The notes under the pieces: model-generated | Databases searched by the model: none | What the model saw: the letters and a program-made list of their open reading frames with translations, nothing else | Told to the model about the DNA's origin: nothing | In this document: positions 23,868 to 36,971 of the stretch, piece by piece | Position numbering within the stretch: position 1 is the stretch's first letter | Layout: every line of letters starts with the position of its first letter | Translations under genes and position numbers: made by a program | NCBI GenBank assembly: GCA_010093605.1 | Contig: MU004188.1 | Coordinates: forward strand, 65,673 to 129,672 | DNA length: 64,000 nt | Direction of reading: 5' to 3' | Source: Lophium mytilinum | Taxonomy: Eukaryota

Positions 23868-25225
23868 ATGGCCACCTCTTCGAAAGTCCACCTCTCGCCG
23901 TCGCAGCAGCCCGTATTTTCTGTCCCTGGTATCACAGCTGAGACTGCCGATATCACGAGCGAGCTACTGCAGGAGAACCTCGAGAAGCATCACATTTACT
24001 TCAATAATGCAGGCTTCCATGTACGCCGTCTTGAGCATGACATCGCATGTAAATACTGACGCGACAAAAGAATCATATCGTCCACCACCTCCTCACCCTC
24101 TTCGCCCTCAATGCCACGCCAGCCGAGATCAAGCAGGGCTGGGATGACAATGTGTCCTACCAACGACCACCGGTGCCGCTCAAACTGTCCATCGTCACGG
24201 ATATGCATGACCCGAAGAAGTTCAAGACGTATTTAGGCAGCGAGAAATACTACCATGACTTCCTAATTCTCTTTCAAGAGGAGATTGATCAAAAGAGCTG
24301 GCAGGATGTACTCAACGAGTACTTATTCAAAGGGGACGATCGGGCCGATGATATGCTCGTGCGCATGTTTGGTGGTATCCTTCACCCGATCATCCACCTG
24401 GGCTTTGGTGTTGAGTTTGAGCAACCTTCAATCATCGCAGAGGCTTTAGCGCAATCTGCTATTCACGACAACCGAGAAGCTTCACACTTGATAGAGAGTG
24501 AGAAGGCCGCCAGGGCCCTCGCTCCAGATCATCAGACCGACAAACCCATCGTCAAGCTCTTGGGAGATATCTACATAGACACCCAGCGGGCTCCTGGGAG
24601 TAGAGCCAAGTACGCCAGTCAAGTACATGTCACGGAGGAGAATCTGGAAGAGAAAACAGCCGAGATGATCAATGCAGCTGGTGAGCTTTCAAGACGAAGC
24701 CTGCGACGGGTATTCGGCTGACCTTCGACAGCATACTTCACCGGTGCCGCACAGCATCCACCTCATCAAGTCAGATTCGACTTCTGGAACATACACGCTG
24801 TAAATCTCAGCATCTTCTTTTGCTCGTTTCTAAAACAGCCATGGCTCTCAACACCCCACAAGATTCGCCTTCTCGAATGGAAGATTCGCATCGACCTGGC
24901 CATGTATACATCCCCACGCCCTCCCAAGCTCCTTCTCGACGAGATCACAAATTACGAGTCAAAGCAAGATTCGTCGTGGGAAGATGTCTTCAACCGCGTA
25001 AAGGCCTACCACGACGACGGCCATGCCTGCAAGCTTGTGCGAGCTCTCGCAAATGGCGAACAAATTTGCAAAAGATACGAAGACAAAGACGGATTCGTCA
25101 TCAAGGGCGATATGTGGAGGAAGCTAGCCAATATGGCCATCGACAGTGTGGAAGCAGGGTCGCCGGACTATGTTCGAAGCGGGGCCTGGTCGAGTGTGCC
25201 GTTGCGCGATCAATCAAGGCTCTGA
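23868..25225 (+). CDS. HypA/AflY/questin-oxidase-like oxidoreductase (DUF4243), 2 introns
   Basis: Spliced motifs HHIYFN..GFH|NHIVHHLL, LHPIIHLGFGVEF, FDF..IHAVN and DDGHACKLVRAL. Confidence 0.85.
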
Positions 25226-25950
25226 GGAGCTGATTGAGTAGACATGCCTGCTTCGTGGGGAAGAGTGCATGAGGCGTACTAGAAGGTAAAGAGGTCTAGA
25301 TTGGATCAAAGACTACGCAAATCAGAAATGTCTAAGTATATAGACGCTCACGCAAGAAATATGCGGCCATTTACGGTTACTATCACCTTTTTCGAAATTC
25401 AGAAAGAAGTATCAAGTAGCGGCTACCTGTACCCGAACCCACGCAGGTGTCTATAGACGCGATCTACATGTTTGTTCTCCGCGATGAGACAATCCTTTTT
25501 GGCTGCTCAGGCAACGTTTTGACTGCTGCAATGGCAACCAGTCATCCGAAGGGAACCGCAATCCCCGCAATTCCGCATCTCATGCGCCTCGCGGCGTTAA
25601 AGAAGGGAACCGATTTCAGCAGGGAGCAAAGAGGCGGCCATTTCTAGGATTGCCTCAGTATCGCATTCGATCACTGCTTCAAGATTCAATTCAATGTCCC
25701 TCGCGCAATCCAATGCAGATTTAACCTACATATCACGAAGGATAATCACCAGAAGCTTCTTAGGCAAATGAAAATTAGGATGTACAACGGAAAAGTCCGC
25801 AATTGCACACGGGCTATCATACGCTCCACAAGAATAGGTTTATATGGGATGCATGGACGTAGTGACAAGAATCGCAATGTGCAGGACCCATGGGATGAAC
25901 GCGATATCGAGGACGTAAAAGGTCTAGCAATGTGGATTCAGCCTGTTATC

Positions 25951-28151
25951 TCAAGATTCTGGACACGATACCACAAGCCCGCCTCCTGTTACCGAACACT
26001 TGCAGTTCACAACACACCAATTCACCGTAAAAGTATCCGTCCCGCTCGGCGGACACTTATTCTTGCACGTCCACCCAGAGGTATCCGGCGGCGGCGGGTT
26101 CGTATCCAGGAGCGTATACGTTGGATCTAGCGGAGGATGCAAAGCCGTCTTATCATTAATCGGTCGAAAGCCCGCTTGCTGCACCCTTGTCAACAAAACA
26201 TCCTTCCTGATTGGCAGGTCGTCTGTGACCTGTTTCTAAAAGAATGGAGCAGGAAAAAGTAAGATCTTACATAGTATTCGTAAGGATTGGGCCCGTTGAC
26301 CCACCCGTTATTAGGGCCTTCTCGAATACACCAATTCGTGATATTCATGAAGGCGTCCCAGCAATCTTGCCATTGATCACTAGTCGAGGGCGTGCCTCGA
26401 TAGACCCAGGCTTCGACATTATTGGGGAGGGCGACAGCGATCTCGCAATTCGTTTTGTCGTCGTTTTGATATCTCGATTGCAAGCCCATGGGGAGGTCTG
26501 GAAGGTAGTCGCACGCATTTGTGCAAGAGGCCATAAGTGAAGGCGTTAGCATTGTTCTCAAAAAGTGCGGGATGCAAACAGAATAAAATTATGGAACAGG
26601 TCGCGAATTTACCTTGTCTTAGTTGAATGATGAGGCCGTTCGGATCAAAGGGAGGGGTATCATGACTAGGGTCTTTGAGTTGAGCGGGAATGTACGGGAC
26701 GCTATAGTCAGAGCAAGTAGGGCAGGCGCTTGGATTCGGACAGTGTAGTGGACAAGTATCAATGACCAATTCCTCCGAGGTCGGTACGCCATTCATGAGA
26801 CCATTCGCGTACTCCCAGGTGAAATGATATAGGACTAAGTTCGCAATGACTGCGTGCCCATTCGGTCGAGCTTTCTTCTTGTTATTTTGACTGAGAGGGA
26901 TATGTTATGAATTAGGGAGGCCTTACGGTGAAACACACGCTTCGTGGTGTCCGGTACCCACCAGCTGGCCACATTAGACACCGAGAGCAACTCTACAGCT
27001 AAGCTTTGGGCTTCAGGCGGAGGATTGGTGCTGTTGAACTCTTCGAACTCGCCGTTCAGAAGATTGCTCTTCCAGTCAGGGTGTTCCTCCAGCGTGTCCT
27101 CAATCCAATTAGCCACCTCCCCTTCAAAGGTGTCGTTGGCGACTATATCCGCCGAGTCATCCACCTGCCGGCGCTTGAAGTCATACGTTGGGTCCCTTGT
27201 GTTGCGCTCATAGAATAGCAGCGCATATCTAATCGGAGCCGGCTCCAAGGCACCATCGTCGCAAAATCGACCCCCATAGAGCTGGAAATACGTATCAATG
27301 TCTACGAAGACGACCTGATCTCCAGCTCTTTCGGTCGCAGCTTTGATTTGGTTATTAGTTTGCACAACAAGATCGTTGAGGGTCCTCCGGAGTTCCCGGG
27401 TCAAGTAGGTGCCACTGGCACCACTCCAAAACTTGAAGGTGACGGAATCGCACTGCGTCGAGTCTGCGTTGAAGAACTGGGCATAGCCGGTGTAGAAGAT
27501 TCGAGCATTAACACTATCTAGCTTCTCCTTAGCGTCGTGAAGAAGTTGGTCTAAAATATCCGGCAGATCGTTGTTGATCTTGTCTTGTGTTTCTTGAATC
27601 GTTTTTGCGCATCTGTCTGCGCTGACTAGTTTCCACTGAAAAATGCAATCATTCAAGATTGAAACGAGTCCGACGTCGTTGCCGCCTGCACTGAGTGTAA
27701 TCTTAGATTTAGTCAGTCAGTATACTGAAGCTTGTGTCTCTACTCGCGGACATACAAAGTTTTGTTGGCCTGTTATGGCGGGTATCTGCTTTTTTGTTAC
27801 GTCGACTGCAGTGGCTCCTGAGCAAGCTACATTTTGCCAGCTGCGCCCATACTGATTGGTGCCGAGTCTCTCGTCATTACTGATGAAATAGGGGTAGGAC
27901 TTGTCGTATCGCGAGCATGATCTGTCAACGCGGTTACCGGCTCCGATTCCTGCAGCATAGGAATCACCTAGTGTTGCCCAAGCCCGGACCCAGGAGAGGT
28001 CTTCGAAATCAGGGAGGTCTCGTGGCTGAAGGCTTCGAGAGAAGACAGAATGACCCCAGTTAATCGGAATGGAAGCTGCAGACACGAGTAGAGGTATGAC
28101 AGTCGCAGACCCGATAAGGGTGACCAAAGGTGAGTCCCTAACCAATACCAT
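25951..28151 (-). CDS. Secreted SGNH/GDSL hydrolase with Cys-rich C-terminal extension, multi-exon
   Basis: Hydrophobic N-terminus, LGDSYAAG (block I), ACSGA, SAGGNDVG (block III), YTGYAQFF and VFH. C-terminal exons are rich in Cys and Trp. One 3' splice acceptor is uncertain. Confidence 0.8.
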
Positions 28152-29126
28152 TTTCTTGCGTTGAAAGACCTGCGTAAGAAATCGAAACCAAATCAGGCAA
28201 CAGGAACAGTGTTAGTGTACTGAAGATAATGTGAGTGATGCTGCATTCAAATCATGCATTTCCCGACTCTAGATGAGGATGGTTATGAGGCTGCACCGAG
28301 TCTGGGGTGGCGGAGTCTCCTCAACACCCGCACTCTGCATCTCGTTTAGTCGAAAGATATTGGCCAATGAAAGAACGCGGATTTTACGCCCGGCTATATT
28401 TAGTTGCTCTTCGGTTGTTTTTCTCCAGCCTTGCAGCTACTAACGTTCACTTTCCGGTCAGATCGACCGTTTTGCTGCACCTCGTGTTCTGCAATTTGCT
28501 TGGAAATAGCCGCTTTTGGGAAGGCTTGCAGCTGTCGGGCCGTAAAGAGCGGGGAAAGCTCGTAACAGGGCGTTCAACGTAGATGATGGGCCATTTTCGC
28601 AAAAGCATAAATCCAGCCTGATCTTTTTGTTCAGTCAATTATACTCTTCACAATGATCCGTTTCATCATCTATTGGCTCAGCTCGAGTCTCCTAGTGCAA
28701 AGCAGTTCGATGACTGATTGACTAGTGCGATCAATAAGCGGTTTCTTGTCTTGTGATGTGATGAAGAGGTATTGTGGTGCGTGTCACTCTATGGAAGGGG
28801 GCCTATGCAGCCTGCCAACCTTTCTTTATCTTGGTAAAATTGTGAAGTTTCATCCATCCCTATTCCATCCAATGGTCTAGCAAATGGGTCTCGTTTTGTT
28901 TTCGCCGATCTCTTAAGCAGTCGAAGAACGTCGGCCTCGACGAAAGCTCGGGGTATCCGTTGAGAGCCGGACTCAAATCTCCTAATCTTCAGAAGTCTCT
29001 GCTGTACTTCTGAGCTGCATTCGAATAGCCTACCTGTGCCTGCTAGAATCTGTAAGTATATCATTAGGGCAGTTTTTGTGTCTAAACTGATATATCCAGA
29101 CCGAGCGACAAGACGAATTTGAAACA

Positions 29127-29894
29127 ATGAAACTCATGAGCCTTCTTCAACGTGTCCTCCTTCCGCTTTTCCTTCTACTTCACTTAGCTCTCTCGGTCTA
29201 CACCCAACTCGATCGAAATCTCTTGGAAAAGGGTGGTGTTCTTTGGTCTGGCATATTGCCCATCAACGCCGGCACCACAATCAGCGATCAAGACCTGGCC
29301 AACCTCGCGCGCGAAGCATATCAAGAAATGGCCTCCGACTATAAAGCAAAACGAGATGACAAAACACTTCCTAGTAGATTCAAACCGGGCGACCGCCCAA
29401 GTGTCCTCGCGGCGCTTGTCAATCCCGACGGCAGCAGGATTTTCTTCTCGACGAACGTGAAGGGTCTACTGAGCGTGCTCGTCGCACTGACTCCGCTTGG
29501 AGGTCCGGACCAGAAGATCATCCAGGCGCTGAATAGGTGTCAGCTTAGCGTCGAGGAAATCACGGTGGAGTCCTCTCGCGATGATATCAAACATGTTAAT
29601 AAGGCTGCATGCGCGGAAATCCTCCTTGCGCATGAGTACTTTGTGTACACGCAGAATGGCGAGATTGGACAGTCGAGAATCTTGGCTGTAGAGAGAAGAG
29701 GACCAGATACTCCGGTTCAAGTGACTCTCAAACCATTCTGTGACATAATTCCCGGGCAACCTGCACGTGGCACATATGGTTGTTTAGGGGTCATGAATGA
29801 ATTGGGTGTTACAGGCGTGAACATCGAGCCGAACGGCGATCCTTTGCGACCAGAAATTAGTCTTGGACAGATGATACAGCAGACGCTGTGCTAA
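29127..29894 (+). CDS. Secreted protein with Zn-dependent deaminase-like motifs, 255 aa, intronless
   Basis: Signal peptide (LLPLFLLLHLALS) and the H.N...CAE, PFC and YGC motifs. The function is inferred. Confidence 0.7.
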   Translation: MKLMSLLQRVLLPLFLLLHLALSVYTQLDRNLLEKGGVLWSGILPINAGTTISDQDLANLAREAYQEMASDYKAKRDDKTLPSRFKPGDRPSVLAALVNPDGSRIFFSTNVKGLLSVLVALTPLGGPDQKIIQALNRCQLSVEEITVESSRDDIKHVNKAACAEILLAHEYFVYTQNGEIGQSRILAVERRGPDTPVQVTLKPFCDIIPGQPARGTYGCLGVMNELGVTGVNIEPNGDPLRPEISLGQMIQQTLC

Positions 29895-30778
29895 AGAGCC
29901 GTCAGGGAGGAGTAGTGTGGACGTAGCAAGCACGTGTATATAGCCTCACCTTCCTCCCAGCCTCTTCCTCCCTTGTAAATCCTCACCATCGTCATGATCC
30001 AATATATCACGTATACGGCCTGTATCTCCTTTTTCCGTGACAAGAACGACCCAGAATCCTTTGGAAGGCAATGTGAGATCAAAAAGTTTAATTCAAAGTA
30101 AAAATCAAATCAAAAGAGTGGTTCGTAATGGGATATTCCTGAGAATGGTCCATATGAGCTTCATATTCTCGAGAAGTGATCTAGTGATGGCTTCGATCGT
30201 ACATACCTCAATCACTCAAGCCCATGCTTCGCTGTCGACTGCCCGAATAGCCAGAGAACCGTGATGAAACAACGCGAACATTTACGTAGATATTTTAGTT
30301 GGCGTTCCTCCTCGAATCTGTCCCAGATTGATAGATGGTTAGCTTGTCGTCGACCTTACACGAGCACTTCTCAGGTGGCCATTGTGCGGGAGGGCGTGCT
30401 GCGCGCCAAGGCGTGAAAGCTCTAAATGCGCGCTCGACAAGTATCTGCGACGAATAAGTTTGTGATTCACGCTAGCCGTGGTTTGCGGCATGTACTTACG
30501 ATGGCTGCTGGAGTGCTGTTGAAGCCGGCAGTGCGACGCTAGCGAGCTGAGGTTGGCGGAGAGTGAGGATTCGCGTACTTGAAGCAAGGCTAGAGGATGA
30601 GGGTTAAGAATCGAAGTAAGTGTGAAGCGTTTCTGTCCGAGAATCCAGGCTTCAAGGCTCGAGGAAAGGATAGCTGGACATCTGAAAAGAAATTGTATGA
30701 AGTGTTGAAACCCACATGTCGATTCGTGGTATATAGAGCTTCATAGTCATGACTACCCCGCATGTTCACTTCCCCTCT

Positions 30779-33700
30779 CTAATTCGACCTCTCTTGCTCC
30801 ATTTGAAACCTCGTCAAAAACCTGATATCATCGACCCCTTTCCGCTTCGTCTCCTCACTCTCACCATCTTTCCCATCCTCTAACCCCTCAACCCCCCATC
30901 CTCCTCCTCCGGGCGTATCGACAACAAACCAATCCCCTCTACCGACCTTGAAATCCTTCCTACCACCCACTCTGCACCACCTCCTCTTCCCGCCCTCCAT
31001 CTTTTTCGCGAGGAAATTGACCCCATTCGCGCCCTGCCCACCTCCTTTCATTCCATAAGGCCTGACCACCCTCCGCTCACTGACAACGCTCATCCCCATG
31101 TCCTTTCCGAACTCATACACCCTCCTGATCCCGTTTCCGCCATTCCATTTACCGCGTCCACCACTTCCGTCCCTGATCTCGAATTGGCGGAGCACGACAG
31201 GGTAGCGCTTCTCTAGAATCTCCGGATCCGTGATTCGCGTGTTCGTCATATGGATATGCACACCGCTCGTCCCATGCCACCCGGGTCCCGCGCCACTCCC
31301 ACCGCAGATCGTCTCGCCGAAGCCGAAACCAGAGTGCTCGGCGTCGCCGTCGTGGCCGAAGGAAACAACGTTGCAATCGCCTTGGCTGGCAGCGCAGGCT
31401 TCGAAGGCTCGGATCACGACATCGGTGACACGCTGGCTGGTAATGGGATTACCCGCGCACACAGCAGCAGTGGCGGAGGGGTTGAGGATACTGCCCTCTG
31501 GAATTGTGAATGTGAGGGGGCGGAGACAGCCTTCATTTAGGGGGATGTCTTGCGCGATGAGGCAGCGGAGAACATAAAGGGTAGCGGAGCGAGTGATTGC
31601 GGCTGGTGCATTGAAGGAGTGGTAGCCTTCCTCGCCTGTGCCTGTAAAGTCGAAGTGGGCGGATGCGGTGGTAGGGTCAATGGTGATGGTGAGGGCGATA
31701 GGGGTGCCGTCGTCCATGTAGTCGATGGCTGTTAGAGGCTGCCCTTTGCGTTCGGCGTGCGTACGGAGAAGGAAGGCGCGGACGGCAGATTCGGCATTGG
31801 AGGTGATGGCGCGCATGTTGAAGTGAACGGTTTCGAGACCATGTTCTCCTATCAAATCCGTAACCAGAGCAGCTCCTTTGGCATTAGCGGAGACTTGAGC
31901 TTTGAGATCGTTGAGGTTGTCGGCGAGGTTGCGGGTGCCGCTGCAGCCGGGGAACTGGGCTGGGTCATGAAGAAGTAGCTTTCGCATGCCCTCTTCGTCG
32001 AACTGCCCATCGCGGACAAGGAAATGAGATACAATTGTCGCGCCTTCTTCGAAAAGCTCGACACTGCCTGCCGGCATAGACCCTGGGAGTATACCGCCGA
32101 TTTCCTGGTGATGGCCTCGTGAAGCTGTGTAGAAAATAATCTCTTTGCCATCGGCAGAAAACACAGGCGTGATCGTAGTTATGTCTGGTAAGTGCGTTCC
32201 TCTGATGTATTGTTAGAATAGGTCTGGTAAGTTACTAGAGTCACAGGCTGGCTTACCCTGCAATCGGATGGTTGGAAACAACAACATCGCCAGGACGGAG
32301 TTTTCCTTCGTAGAGCTTGTGTTGATACATGACTGCCTGCTCCATGCTTCCCAAATGTACGGGCACGTGTGGAGCATTTGCAACCAATCGACCATCGGGG
32401 CTGAAAAGAGCACAACTGAAGTCCAGTCGTTCCTTGATGTTGACAGACACTGAGGTCTTTTGGAGGGCGTGACCCATCTGCTCCGCGATTGACATGAACC
32501 GATGAGCCATAACAGAAAGCTGAACGGGATCGACAACTCTGCTCGAAATATCAGACGTGGTTTCCGATACAGCACTCTTCCGATCAAGCTCGATAACTAC
32601 GTGGCGGTCGAGTATGATGGCCTTGGACTTTGGGCTCACGACAATTGTCTGGGTATCATCTAAAATAATGGCCGGCCCGGGGACAAGATCTCCAAGAGAA
32701 AGCGTTCCAAGAGTATACAGAGGCGCGGTAGACCAACCGTCCTCAAAATACATCTTGACGTTATCTACCGTTTTCTTCGATGATACAGGCGTAGGGGGGA
32801 ATTCGGATAGGTGCTTGCTCAGCGTAAAGGCGGGCTCAATCGATGGACTCCTTGCGGTAGCACGAACTCGTACGTCCTCAACTAAGACATCTCTACCAGG
32901 CATGATGAATGAGAACTGCCTCTTGTGCTCAGCAACAAAGGCCTCGGCAAAAGTCGCCGACTCGGGTCGTTGAATCATGAAAGTCGTGTCCGAGCCGGCA
33001 TATCGTAAGTTGAGGAAATGTTCAAAGCTCATAAGCTGCTCTGGAATTCCCTCGTGAGAAAGACTTTCGATAGCAGTCTTTTCGAGATTCGCAAGGCGCT
33101 GATCCAACTCTTCTAATGAGGTTGCGAGATTGGCAGAACACGGTTCTTGAACATCGTGAACGAGGTCTGCCAACGCCATACCGTAGGCCGATAGAACGGA
33201 CGAGTATCTGTGTACGAGGATCCGATCGATGCCGAGATTCGAAGCAATGGCCTGATGATATTTAGTGACGACGTTGAGCGAGAATGAGAAGGCTTACGCA
33301 AGCATGCTGTCCACCGGCTCCGCCAAATACTGCGAGATCATGATCAGACGTTCTGTAGCCCTTAGCCTCTGTAAGAGCCCTGATGGGCCGACACATGGTC
33401 TCATTGGCCACTTCAAGGAACCCAAGGGCGAGGTCTTCGATCGATTTGATCTTTCCGCCTGATGCTTCAAGGTCTGCGTTGACCACAAGTGCGAGTTTCT
33501 GGAAAGCTTCGCGAGCTCCCTCGTAGTCGAGGGGCTCGTTCTCACCCTTGCCGAATATATTTGGGAAGTAGTTGGCTTGTAATCGACCCAACACAAGATT
33601 GGCATCCGTGACAGTCAATGGGCCTCCCTTACGATATGCTACAGGACCTGGATGGGCACTGGCCGATTCAGGGCCAGCTAGAAAGAGACCGTTGCGGTAA

Positions 33701-34944
33701 GACAAAATACTCCCACCACCTGCCATGTTTTAGTGAACTATAAATCAGAAAATGTGGGGTGATAATACCTGCAGCAACCGTATCAACTTCAAGCTGAGGC
33801 GACTGAATTGTAATACCCGCCGTCATTGACTCAAAAGTATGTTCAAGAGTTCCAGCAAATCTCGAGACATCAGTGCTAGTACCGCCCATGTCGAAGCCAA
33901 TGATGGGTTTCTTCCTCTCCAAGTCGTAGCACGTGCGGCTCATGCCCACCACGCCCCCAGCCGGACCAGATAGAATAGCTTTGAGGCCGCTGAACTTCTG
34001 CCACCCAACCAAGCCACCGTCACTCTGCATGAACTCGCACCTAGCCCCCTTAGTGTCTTCGAGGTCGCCAACAAAGCCTTTCCTGAAGCCATCTACATAT
34101 GTGCGCGTGAGCGGAGTCAAGTATGCATCAGCAGTAGCTGAATAGCCTCTCGAGACAGCTTTGATCATAGGGAAGATTTGCGAGGAGAGCGAAATCTGGG
34201 TGAAGCCGATGTCTGAAGCGATCTTTGCGAGTTCGAGCTCATGGTCGGGGTAGGTATATGAATGCAGCAGTACCACAGCTAAAGACCTAACACCGGAATC
34301 GTAAAGCTGCTGTAATCCCTCTCTTGATTTTTTGATGTCTAAAGGTCGGAGAATTCGAATTGGCTCCCCTGAGAGCCCTTTCCGTAGATCGTACGCCTCG
34401 CCCTCAAGTGGGAATATGGGTGCCGCGTCCTCGGTGGCTGTATGAAGAGTAACTCGCTCGTCGATTTCCAGCACTTGTCTGAAGAGAGTCTCAGGTCTTC
34501 GGATGTTGAGATCGAACAGCCGTGGACGTGTTTGGTCACCTATGCGAAGAAGATCCTTGAATCCCTTGGTAACTACCAGAGCGCAGGGCGTCGACGAGCG
34601 CTCTAGTAATGCGTTCGTGGCCACAGTTGTGCCCATCTTGATACTTTCTACACCACTCAGCACAGGTCATACAGAATCAGCATTCTACGCCTTTGCTCAC
34701 CTATCCCGCTGGTATCAATTTTCTGCCCTCGAGGTAACTGTGTCCCTGTCGCAGTCTCCAGAATCCGTCTAATACCCTCCGTTGGCGCATCTGCGTAGTT
34801 GGCGGGGTCATTGCTCAGCAGCTTAATGAGGATATCCGGCTTTCCGGGAACGATGCCTAGACAGTCCGTGAATGTTCCTCCGCGGTCAATGGCGATTCGG
34901 ATGCGTGAAGCTTGGGAGCTCCGTCCATCATCTACAAAAGGCAT
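30779..34944 (-). CDS. 5-oxoprolinase/hydantoinase family ATP-dependent lactamase, about 1320 aa, 5 exons
   Basis: Exons 34944-34701, 34647-33769, 33719-33298, 33251-32257 and 32201-30779 splice in frame at GT-AG sites. Motifs [51 protein letters not shown] and TPGGGG. Confidence 0.95.
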
Positions 34945-35152
34945 GTTGGGAGTTGATCGATGAATAGTTCTTAGGCCAAAACAGTACCAGAACAGTTGAA
35001 GGAGAAGGAAAACGATGAGAGTTCAAAGGCTATGATACTGATATTTGAAAGTACTTCCCAGTGGGCAATCCACGCAGCCCTCGAATAAACCAACAACTCG
35101 TCCCTCACACGGCGCTACAATTCGCTGATGGGCACCAAAGCTCTGCTCGAGA

Positions 35153-35168
35153 CGGAAGCCCGCCTCCG
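35153..35168. promoter_or_regulatory. Putative Zn2Cys6 site CGG-N10-CCG (oxoprolinase/aminotransferase divergent promoter)
   Basis: CGG AAGCCCGCCT CCG; a second N10 match lies at 35292-35307. Confidence 0.45.
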
Positions 35169-35488
35169 CCCACCAGGCTGCATGATGATAACGACGACAG
35201 GGGAGCTCTGGAGGTGACAGGGTGGAGACAAGGTGGAGGGTTGATGGCAGCGGGGAAAGCTGTCGTCGGAGTTTCTTGTGCGAGGGTCGGGCGGGCATCC
35301 GCCGCCGCTCTCCACCTGCACCCAACCTCGACCATGTCGCGTCTAAACAATGCCCGAAAGCCTTAGGACACTATCGCCCCGAGCCATGCCATTATGACGC
35401 TCTTTTGAGGGGCCATTGAGGCCATGAAAGAAGCTCTGGTAAACACCACGCTTTTGTCCAATCTTCCTCAACATCACCCATCACGGCC

Positions 35489-36971
35489 ATGCTAACCCCA
35501 ATCAACCTCCAATTAGGCTGGCCATCGCCCTCTCTATTCCCCGCCTCCTCCCTCCTCGCCGGCGCGTCTACTGTCCTCACCGACCCCTCCAAGGTTGCAA
35601 GCGGTTTGATTTACGGCCCAGACGAGGGATACCTCCCTCTACGAAAGAGCGTCGCCAAATGGCTCTCTTCGACGTACGCTCACGGGAATGCTACACCAAA
35701 CTTTGAGCGGATATGCATCACGAACGGCGCATCGGGGAACTTGGGGAACATACTTGCAAAGTTCACAGATGCGAGGTACACGCGGAGGATATGGATGGTC
35801 GAGCCCTCGTATTTTCTAGCGTGTCCAATATTCCACGACGCGGGATTCGAGGGCAAGCTGAGGGGCGTGCCCGAGGACGAGGAGGGGTTGGACATTGACT
35901 TCCTGCGTTCCAGTCTCCAAGAAGCCGAGGACGAAGTCAAGAAGACCGGCGGCGAGGATGTCCCATTGCTGAAAGGCGGCGCTGGGTACGCGAAACTGTA
36001 CAAGCACGTCATATATCTCGTTCCAACCTTCTCGAATCCTTCGGCGAAGACGTTGAGTTTGCGACGGAGAGAAGAGCTGGTACGTCTAGCGAGGGAGTTT
36101 GACGCATTGGTCGTCACGGATGATGTTTACGATGTCCTCCGCTGGCCTGAAGACCCCAATGCCTCGGTGAGCAAGCTGGGAAAGCCGCCGCCAAGAATTG
36201 TAGACGTGGATACAACCTTAGATGGCGGTCCGGTAGACGAGTGGGGGAATACCGTGAGCAATGGAAGTTTCTCCAAGATCATTGCGCCGGGGTGTAGGGT
36301 GGGATGGGCAGAGGGAACTGCAGCTTTTGCTAAGCAGTTGTCACAAGTGTGAGTACTTCCAAACTGGGTGCGATTGAGGCTGCAATGCTAATACTTACTC
36401 TAGTGGCTCAACACGCTCTGGCGGGGCACCCAGCCATCTCGTCCCGACTTTCGTCCACGAAATGCTGGAAAATGGGTCATTGGATAAGCACATCGCCGAG
36501 ACACTCGTCCCAATTTACCGTGCTCGCTACTACGTCCTCATGGATGCTATCCGAGAGCATCTCGTGCCTCTAGGCTTCGAGCTCTCAGTAGGAAAGCCAT
36601 ACGAAGCCTCTCTCAAGAATGCCAGCAAAACCAACGGTACAAACGGTATCAATGGCACGAATGGCGTCCAACAGAACGGCACATCGAGTCCCATCCGAGA
36701 GGCAGGTGGCTTCTTTACCTACCTTCTTCTCCCCTCCGATATCCCCTCCGCAAGCGATCTCTCTGCGAAGGCACTGGAGAAATACGAGCTCAAGTTCGCC
36801 TTCGGAGACATGTTCCAGGTCGCTGGTGATGTTGGCAGCGCTGAAAGGGCTGCGAAGGGGTACGGAAGAGGCATACGGCTGTGCTGGGCGTGGCATACGG
36901 AGGATGATATCAAAGAGGGGATACGGCGGTTAGCTATGACTGCACAGGAAACGAAGAGTGGGAAGGCGTGA
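35489..36971 (+). CDS. PLP-dependent class I/II aminotransferase (Aro8/YER152C/AADAT-like), 1 intron
   Basis: YGPDEG, ITNGAS, PTFSNP, DDVYD and the PLP-Lys motif SFSKIIAPGCRVGW; C-terminal IRLCWA. Confidence 0.93.
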
